In this document: piece after piece, positions 57,848 to 64,000 of the stretch | Layout of the letters: each line of letters begins with the position of its first letter | Position numbering within the stretch: the first letter of the stretch is position 1 | DNA from: Desulfomonilia bacterium | GTDB taxonomy: Bacteria > Desulfobacterota > Desulfomonilia > UBA1062 | DNA: 64,000 bases | Assembly: GCA_963664325.2 (NCBI GenBank) | Contig: CAXXDQ010000009.1 | Span: forward strand, 12,871-76,870 | Direction: 5' to 3' | Made by a program: the position numbers and the translations under genes | Notes under the pieces: model-generated | What the model was told of the DNA's origin: nothing | Database searches by the model: none | What the model saw: only the letters and a program-made list of their open reading frames with translations

Positions 57848-58951
57848 ATGAAAAAGTCTGTTTTGGCAATCATCGTCACGGCATTGTTTGTCCTTCCCGC
57901 ATCCGGTGCCGAACCAATCAAGATCGGGGTCGCAGGCCCGCACAGCGGAGATCTTGCGTCTTACGGCATACCCAGCGCCAATGCCGTACAGATAGTTGTG
58001 GACGATATCAATGCAAAGGGCGGCATCAACGGCAGCAAAATAGAAATCATCAAACTGGATGACGCCTGCAAACCGGAACAGGCAACCAATATCGCACAGA
58101 AACTGGTTTCTGAAAAAGTGGCGGCTGTCATCGGCCATATCTGCTCGGGTGCCACGCGGACGGCGCTGGGAACCTATCGCGATGCAAAAATCATAAGCAT
58201 CTCCCCTTCGGCCACTAAAACGGACCTGACGACATCAGGCGCATACCCCAACTTCTACCGCACCATAGGCTCTGATCTGCTGCAGGCCGAACTGATGGCC
58301 GACTTCGCCGTTAACAAGCTGAAGCTCAAGACCTTTGCCGTCATTCATGACAAGGGCGATTATGGCAAGGACGTAGCGGAATTCGCAAAATCCTATCTTG
58401 AGAAGCACGGCGGCAAGGTGGCCCTGTTTGAAGGCATCACGCCAGGGGCAGTCGATTATTCGGCAATCATTCAGAGAATAAGAAAGGAAAAAGTCGATGC
58501 CGTCATCTACGGCGGCTATCACCCCGAAGGCTCCAAGATAGTAAGCGGCATGCGTAAGAAAGGCATGAAAACCGTTTTCATCTCGGATGACGGATTAAAA
58601 GATGACACCTTCATCAAAGTGGCGGGCAAATATGCGGAAGGGGTATATGCAACAGGCCCCACAGATACGACCAAGCTGAAACTGGCCCAGGAGGCAATTG
58701 CAAAGCACAAAAAACGCTTTGGCTCCGACCCCGGGGCATTTTATCTCAATGCATATTCTGCGATCCTGGCCCTGACCAATGCGATAAGCAAGGCCGGCTC
58801 CACAAACTATGATGCAGTCGCCAAAGCGCTTAAAACTCAATGGGTGGAGACCCCTCTCGGCAGTATCAGCTTCGACGAAAAGGGGGACGCAAAGGGAATA
58901 GGGTTCTCGGTCTTTGTTGCCAAAAACGGCAAATACGAACAGGTAAAATAG
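57848..58951 (+). CDS. livK: Branched-chain amino acid ABC transporter substrate-binding protein
   Basis: IKIGVAGP.SG, DDACKP, GHICSGAT, YGGYHPEG. Confidence 0.93.
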   Translation: MKKSVLAIIVTALFVLPASGAEPIKIGVAGPHSGDLASYGIPSANAVQIVVDDINAKGGINGSKIEIIKLDDACKPEQATNIAQKLVSEKVAAVIGHICSGATRTALGTYRDAKIISISPSATKTDLTTSGAYPNFYRTIGSDLLQAELMADFAVNKLKLKTFAVIHDKGDYGKDVAEFAKSYLEKHGGKVALFEGITPGAVDYSAIIQRIRKEKVDAVIYGGYHPEGSKIVSGMRKKGMKTVFISDDGLKDDTFIKVAGKYAEGVYATGPTDTTKLKLAQEAIAKHKKRFGSDPGAFYLNAYSAILALTNAISKAGSTNYDAVAKALKTQWVETPLGSISFDEKGDAKGIGFSVFVAKNGKYEQVK

Positions 58952-58958
58952 ATCTGCC

Positions 58959-58984
58959 GGGGGTGGTCAAACCGCCCCCTTTTA
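58959..58984 (+). terminator. Intra-operon terminator/attenuator after livK
   Basis: GGGGGTGGT-CAA-ACCGCCCCC-TTTTT. Confidence 0.7.
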
Positions 58985-58988
58985 CCAT

Positions 58989-59891
58989 ATGGAATACTTC
59001 CTGGAACTCTTTTTCAGCGGTCTTACCAGAGGCAGCATTTATGCCCTGCTCGCACTCGGCTATACAATGGTTTATGGGATCATAGCGTTGATCAACTTTG
59101 CGCACGGTGAAATCTATATGATAGGCGCCTTCACGGCCCTGATTGCAGCCAGTGTACTTGCACTTCTCGGCATAAGCGGCCTGTCCCTGCTCGTGCTTGC
59201 GGGTGCCATAGCCGTTGTCTACGCTTCATCCTACGGTTACACGCTGGAAAAAATAGCCTACAAGCCGCTCAGGGACGCACCCAGGCTGTCCCCTCTGATA
59301 AGCGCCATAGGCATGTCCATCTTCCTGCAGAATTATGTGCTGCTGGCGCAGACCTCAGACTTCGTAAGCTTTCCTCAGCTGATACCGGATTTTTCTTTCA
59401 TGGAAGATTTCCGCTCATTCATGCAGCCATCCGATCTTGTCATCATATCAACAACGGCCGTGATGATGGTGCTGCTCACCCTTTTCATCAAATTTACAAA
59501 AATCGGCAAGGCCATGCGTGCCACATCACAGGACAAGACAATGGCAATGCTTCTGGGCGTCAATGTTGACCGGGTGATTTCGGTCACCTTCATAACCGGT
59601 TCGGCGCTCGCCGCCGTGGGTGGAGTGCTGATATCTTCACATGTCGGACAGATAAATTTCTATATTGGGTTCATTGCAGGGCTCAAGGCATTCACGGCCG
59701 CGGTCCTGGGCGGCATAGGAAGCATACCCGGGGCGGTTCTCGGAGCAATGATACTGGGATGCACGGAAAGTTTTGCGGCGGGCTACATATCGAGCGATTA
59801 TGAGGACGTGTTCGCATTCGCTCTTTTGGTGCTGATACTCATATTCAGGCCAACCGGGCTGCTCGGCAAGAAAAGATCGGAGAAGGTGTAG
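58989..59891 (+). CDS. livH: Branched-chain amino acid ABC permease
   Basis: GSIYALLALGYTMVYG..INFAHG, KAFTAAVLGGIGS. Confidence 0.95.
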   Translation: MEYFLELFFSGLTRGSIYALLALGYTMVYGIIALINFAHGEIYMIGAFTALIAASVLALLGISGLSLLVLAGAIAVVYASSYGYTLEKIAYKPLRDAPRLSPLISAIGMSIFLQNYVLLAQTSDFVSFPQLIPDFSFMEDFRSFMQPSDLVIISTTAVMMVLLTLFIKFTKIGKAMRATSQDKTMAMLLGVNVDRVISVTFITGSALAAVGGVLISSHVGQINFYIGFIAGLKAFTAAVLGGIGSIPGAVLGAMILGCTESFAAGYISSDYEDVFAFALLVLILIFRPTGLLGKKRSEKV

Positions 59892-59893
59892 GC

Positions 59894-61096
59894 ATGAAGA
59901 AAGCCCTTTCCGAAATATTAAAATCCGCAGTGATCGCGATCTGGTTCATGTTCCTGACCTTCCCTATTATGGCGGTCAAGGTGAACACCGTCGAGAAGAT
60001 CATCACGTGGCGCTTCATGAACGTGGCTTACGTGGGTTCCGCGGCATTCATACTCTCATTCCTGTGGCGATACCTCATGAACAAAAGGCTCAATAGAAAT
60101 GTCGACGAGGAAAGCTGGCAGCACCGTGTGGCTTCACGGCTCAGGCGGCAGAGGAACCTTACGCCCATCATTGCCGCCTCTCTGCTGGCGATAGCGGTCA
60201 TGTTCCCGTTCGTCTTCTCAGGATACCAGGTATCGGTCATGACAACGGCGCTCATGTACGTCGTGCTGGGCCTCGGGCTCAATATCGAGGTGGGCCTGGC
60301 GGGACTCCTCGACCTGGGTTATGTGGCCTTCTATGCCGTGGGCGCATACACCTATGCGCTTTTATATCAGCATTTCGGAATAAGCTTCTGGCTGGCACTG
60401 CCTCTCGGCGCTATGCTGGCGGCCTTGTTCGGGGTTCTGCTCGGACTTCCGGTGTTAAGGCTGAGGGGTGATTACCTGGCTATAGTTACGCTGGGGTTCG
60501 CCGAAATCATAAGACTGGTGCTCAACAACTGGAGCAGCTTTTCATCAGGCCCGAGCGGGATAGCTGATATCGCGCAGCCCTCGATTTCAGGTAAGACGCT
60601 CACGTTGCATCAATCAACTGATTTCCTCTATTACATCATGCTTGCGCTTGTCATTATCACGATATTCGTAGTGGGCAGGTTGAGGAATTCACGCATCGGA
60701 AGGGCCTGGATCGCCATGCGTGAAGATGAAACCGCATGCCGGTCCATGGGCATAAACATAACAAAAGCCAAACTGACTGCATTCGCCATCGGAGCAACAT
60801 GGGCAGGCATGATGGGTTGCATATTTGCAGCCAAGACCACGTTTGTGAATCCGGCCAGTTTCACTTTCTGGGAGTCGATTATAATCCTTTCCATCGTGGT
60901 TCTTGGCGGTATGGGTTCGATCGTGGGCGTAATTCTAGGGGCTTTCATCCTGATTCTCCTGCCTGAATACCTGCAGTCCATGTCCCAGATCAGAATGATA
61001 GTTTTCGGGGCAAGCATGGTGCTGATGATGGTTTTCAGGCCTCAGGGCATTATCAGCAGCATCAGGCAGAATTACCGATGGAAGGAGACCGCCTGA
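59894..61096 (+). CDS. livM: Branched-chain amino acid ABC permease
   Basis: GLAGLLDLGYVAFYAVGAY, LRLRGDYLAIVTLGF. Confidence 0.95.
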   Translation: MKKALSEILKSAVIAIWFMFLTFPIMAVKVNTVEKIITWRFMNVAYVGSAAFILSFLWRYLMNKRLNRNVDEESWQHRVASRLRRQRNLTPIIAASLLAIAVMFPFVFSGYQVSVMTTALMYVVLGLGLNIEVGLAGLLDLGYVAFYAVGAYTYALLYQHFGISFWLALPLGAMLAALFGVLLGLPVLRLRGDYLAIVTLGFAEIIRLVLNNWSSFSSGPSGIADIAQPSISGKTLTLHQSTDFLYYIMLALVIITIFVVGRLRNSRIGRAWIAMREDETACRSMGINITKAKLTAFAIGATWAGMMGCIFAAKTTFVNPASFTFWESIIILSIVVLGGMGSIVGVILGAFILILLPEYLQSMSQIRMIVFGASMVLMMVFRPQGIISSIRQNYRWKETA

Positions 61097-61097
61097 G

Positions 61098-61886
61098 ATG
61101 GGCCATGTCCTCGATGTCAAAAGCCTGTACATGCAGTTCGGCGGCCTCAGTGCGCTGGCGGATATAAATCTCAGCATTGAGACGGGCGAGATAGTGGCGC
61201 TGATCGGCCCCAACGGGGCCGGCAAGACGACATTCTTCAACTGCGCCACGGGCATTTACGAACCCACCAAAGGCACCATAACGGCAACCTCCGGAGAAGG
61301 GTCAGGCATGGTCCTCAACGGCATGAAACCCGATGAGATCACTGCAAAAGGTCTTGCCAGGACATTTCAGAACATAAGGCTCTTCAAAAAGATGACCGTG
61401 CTTGAAAACGTCATGGTGGCAAGGCACTGCCGCACTAAATCGGGCATCCTGGGTGCAATCATCAGGAGTAAAAGCGTGCGCCGGGAGCACAGGGAGACTA
61501 TAGACTACGCTTATGAAATGCTTGAAAGGTTCTCCCTTGAAAAACACGTAAATGCCCTGGCCGGCGAGCTTCCGTACGGTGATCAGAGAAGGCTTGAAAT
61601 AGCAAGGGCGCTTGCAACCGAGCCTTTCCTGCTGCTCCTTGACGAGCCGGCCGCAGGTATGAACCCCAAGGAAACGGAAGAGCTCGATGCGCTTATAAAG
61701 TCAATCCGGGATGAAGAAGGCATATCCATACTTTTGATCGAACATGACATGAAACTGGTCATGAGCATTTCAGACAGGATTTATGTGATCGATTACGGGG
61801 AAATGATAGCAAAGGGACTACCCGGGGAAATCGCAGCCAACGAAAAAGTTATAAAGGCCTATCTCGGAGAGGTGTTCGATGCTTGA
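61098..61886 (+). CDS. livG: Branched-chain amino acid ABC ATPase
   Basis: GPNGAGKTT, RTFQNIRLF, LPYGDQRRLEIARAL, DEPAAG. Confidence 0.95.
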   Translation: MGHVLDVKSLYMQFGGLSALADINLSIETGEIVALIGPNGAGKTTFFNCATGIYEPTKGTITATSGEGSGMVLNGMKPDEITAKGLARTFQNIRLFKKMTVLENVMVARHCRTKSGILGAIIRSKSVRREHRETIDYAYEMLERFSLEKHVNALAGELPYGDQRRLEIARALATEPFLLLLDEPAAGMNPKETEELDALIKSIRDEEGISILLIEHDMKLVMSISDRIYVIDYGEMIAKGLPGEIAANEKVIKAYLGEVFDA

Positions 61887-62586
61887 GGTAAAAGGCCTGA
61901 CTACCTATTACGGAGGCATAAAGGCCCTTAAGGGGATAGACCTGAAAATAAACGAGGGTGAAATAATAACCCTGATCGGAGCCAACGGTGCCGGCAAGTC
62001 AACTACGCTGATGAGCGTCTGCGGTGTGGTGCCTCCGCGTAACGGCGACATCATCTTCATGGGGCGCTCAATCGCCAGGCTGTCAGCCGATAAAATCTTC
62101 AGGCTCGGAATTGCCCAGATACCTGAAGGCAGGAGAATTTTCCCTGACCTTACCGTAATGGAAAACCTTGATATGGGCGCCTATTTAAGGCGAGACAAAA
62201 CCGGTATCAGAAAGGATCTCGATTATGTATTTTCACTTTTTCCAAGGTTAGCCGAACGGCGAAGCCAGCCCGGCGGTACGTTATCGGGCGGCGAACAGCA
62301 GATGCTCGCCATCTCCAGAGGTCTTATGAGCAGGCCTAAACTTCTGCTTCTGGATGAGCCTTCGCTTGGCCTGGCTCCGGTGCTTGTCCATCTTATTTTC
62401 GATACCATAAAAAAAGTAAACGCCGAAAACGGCACGACAATATTCCTGGTGGAACAGAATGCGAACATGGCCCTGTCCATAGCGGACAGGGGTTATGTGA
62501 TGGAAACCGGACAGATAACCCTGGAAGGATCGTCTCTTGAGCTTCTCAAGAATGACAGAATAAAGGCTGCATATCTTGGTTTGTAG
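61879..62586 (+). CDS. livF: Branched-chain amino acid ABC ATPase
   Basis: GANGAGKST, LSGGEQQML, DEPSLGLAP. Confidence 0.95.
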   Translation: MLEVKGLTTYYGGIKALKGIDLKINEGEIITLIGANGAGKSTTLMSVCGVVPPRNGDIIFMGRSIARLSADKIFRLGIAQIPEGRRIFPDLTVMENLDMGAYLRRDKTGIRKDLDYVFSLFPRLAERRSQPGGTLSGGEQQMLAISRGLMSRPKLLLLDEPSLGLAPVLVHLIFDTIKKVNAENGTTIFLVEQNANMALSIADRGYVMETGQITLEGSSLELLKNDRIKAAYLGL

Positions 62587-62594
62587 CTTAAAGT

Positions 62595-63500
62595 CTATTC
62601 GAGCCTTAAATTATCCAGATAAACCGTATGAGGCTCAGTCAGGCCTGAAGCAAAAATGCATATCTTCTTGATTGCAGACATGTCCATCAGTCTGTCTACA
62701 GGTGATTTTTCAATATCCTCAAGACTGATCCTTATATGGTTCCATCCCGGAACAAGTCCTATCTTCTGATTGAATCTGTCATTATAGTTCTGATTGTGTT
62801 TCCTGTCGTTTATCCTGACCGTAATTTTAAGGCCTTTTTCCCCGGGCAGATATATGTCCATTGCAACAATTTTATATCCCGCCCAGTTCTCAATCAGCTC
62901 TTCATTGCACAGCGTCGAATATTTGCCGGGCAGGAATGTGACCATACCTGAATAAAGCCCTTTTGCCGCATGCTCTTTTGAGCGTTTCATTCCAGCATTA
63001 TCCACGGCCCATGAAGAGGTTTCTGAAATGCTTTCAAACGAGCTCATGACCGGAAACCGCAGGCGGTAATTGATTTCGTTTGTCAGAGCTGTATAGAACG
63101 GTATGCCTGCAGCGAGAAGAAGAGCAACCGATATTATGCGCATAATCCACTCGGTATGACGCTTTTCGTACTCGGAAAAAAATGCAAGGAATGCGAGCGC
63201 GCCGATGCCATCATTCAACAGATCGTCAAGCTCAAAATATCTTCCTTCCATGCCGAGCTGGAACAGCTCAACCATGAAACCAATCGCCATTGTAATCAGC
63301 CAGGCCGCCAAACGCCTGCTCCGGCTTGTTTTGAAGCTGCCGATGATTTGGTATATCAATAGGGCGACCAGCCCGAAAACCAGGACATGGCCGTAGTTCA
63401 AAAGCTCTACAGCCGTCCGCGAATCCGTGTCGGGATTGAACAGCAATACGAACGCGACCAGTAAAAAGACAATTGTCCCTGAAATCGTTTTCCTGTCCAT
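62595..63500 (-). CDS. VanZ-family membrane protein with C-terminal carbohydrate-binding-like domain
   Basis: GHVLVFG, VELFQ..R.FELDDLLNDGIG; C-terminal W..Y..RIND..H..RFN..PGWNHIRI..VYLDNLRL. Confidence 0.75.
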   Translation of the reverse strand: MDRKTISGTIVFLLVAFVLLFNPDTDSRTAVELLNYGHVLVFGLVALLIYQIIGSFKTSRSRRLAAWLITMAIGFMVELFQLGMEGRYFELDDLLNDGIGALAFLAFFSEYEKRHTEWIMRIISVALLLAAGIPFYTALTNEINYRLRFPVMSSFESISETSSWAVDNAGMKRSKEHAAKGLYSGMVTFLPGKYSTLCNEELIENWAGYKIVAMDIYLPGEKGLKITVRINDRKHNQNYNDRFNQKIGLVPGWNHIRISLEDIEKSPVDRLMDMSAIKKICIFASGLTEPHTVYLDNLRLE

Positions 63501-63695
63501 GCAATGATTAATCACACTTATTAAAATACAATAATAACTTTTCTTAATGCAATTGATAAAGTTGCTTCCCATCTATGCCGATGAGCTGAAAAGTAAACCG
63601 CGAATGGAAAATGTATTCTTAGCCGGAAAACAATATAACGAATGCATTTCACCTTCAGTGGCGGAGCTTTAAACCTCGCATCGATTTATCCCCCT

Positions 63696-64000
63696 ATGAA
63701 AGAGATTCGCCTTATATCAGACAACCAAAGCAGGACATGGGATGAGTTCATCCTCTCGTCAGGCTCTTCAGGGCCATATCTGATGTATCCCTGGGGACAG
63801 GCAGCAGGAAAGGCATACAGACACAGGACGTTTTACATCATGTCTTTCGGCCTGACGGAAAGCAATCGGCGCCCTCCCCTTATACTTGTAAAGGCCCCGT
63901 TTATAAAAGGCTCGCTTGTATCCCTTCCGTTTTGCGACTACGGCGGGATTATATCCAGGATGAAGATGCGCTTTCAGGACTTATCGATTTTGCCTCAGAC
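63696..64000 (+). CDS. FemAB/GNAT-like protein (XrtA/EPS-associated type), partial, with apparent indels
   Basis: Manual translation MKEIRLI..WDEFI..W..A..KAY.H..LVSLPFCDYGG; conserved-looking segments shift between frames. Confidence 0.65.
   Translation, partial: MKEIRLISDNQSRTWDEFILSSGSSGPYLMYPWGQAAGKAYRHRTFYIMSFGLTESNRRPPLILVKAPFIKGSLVSLPFCDYGGIISRMKMRFQDLSILPQ

Overview
Bacterial chromosome segment, most consistent with a deltaproteobacterium (Desulfobacterota-like). This is inferred from gene content and order: thrS-infC-rpmI-rplT-pheS-pheT, xerC-hslV-hslU, the GH57-GH57-galT block, XrtA-type EPS components and several sigma54 promoters. Housekeeping blocks (translation operon, asd, glpABC, hslVU, livKHMGF, three tRNAs) alternate with three kinds of accessory material. 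(i) A decayed ~4.1 kb integrative element at tRNA-Val(GAC), with a degenerate att duplicate and an unannotated integrase remnant. (ii) An AT-rich vsr/EcoRII-like REase/Dcm-like MTase cassette bounded by 9-bp direct repeats, beside radC and a RES remnant. (iii) A set of secreted or lipoprotein surface proteins. The most notable signal is in (iii). Two distant lipoproteins share an unrecognised ~340-aa C-terminal domain on different Ig-like stalks. These two and a third lipoprotein share a sigma54 (-24/-12) + IHF + palindromic upstream-site architecture, suggesting one regulon. Two other secreted hydrolases end in a short Cys-Phe-(Ile/Val) tail. No CRISPR array, rRNA or intact transposase was seen. 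All family assignments come from motif recognition by eye, not from database searches.
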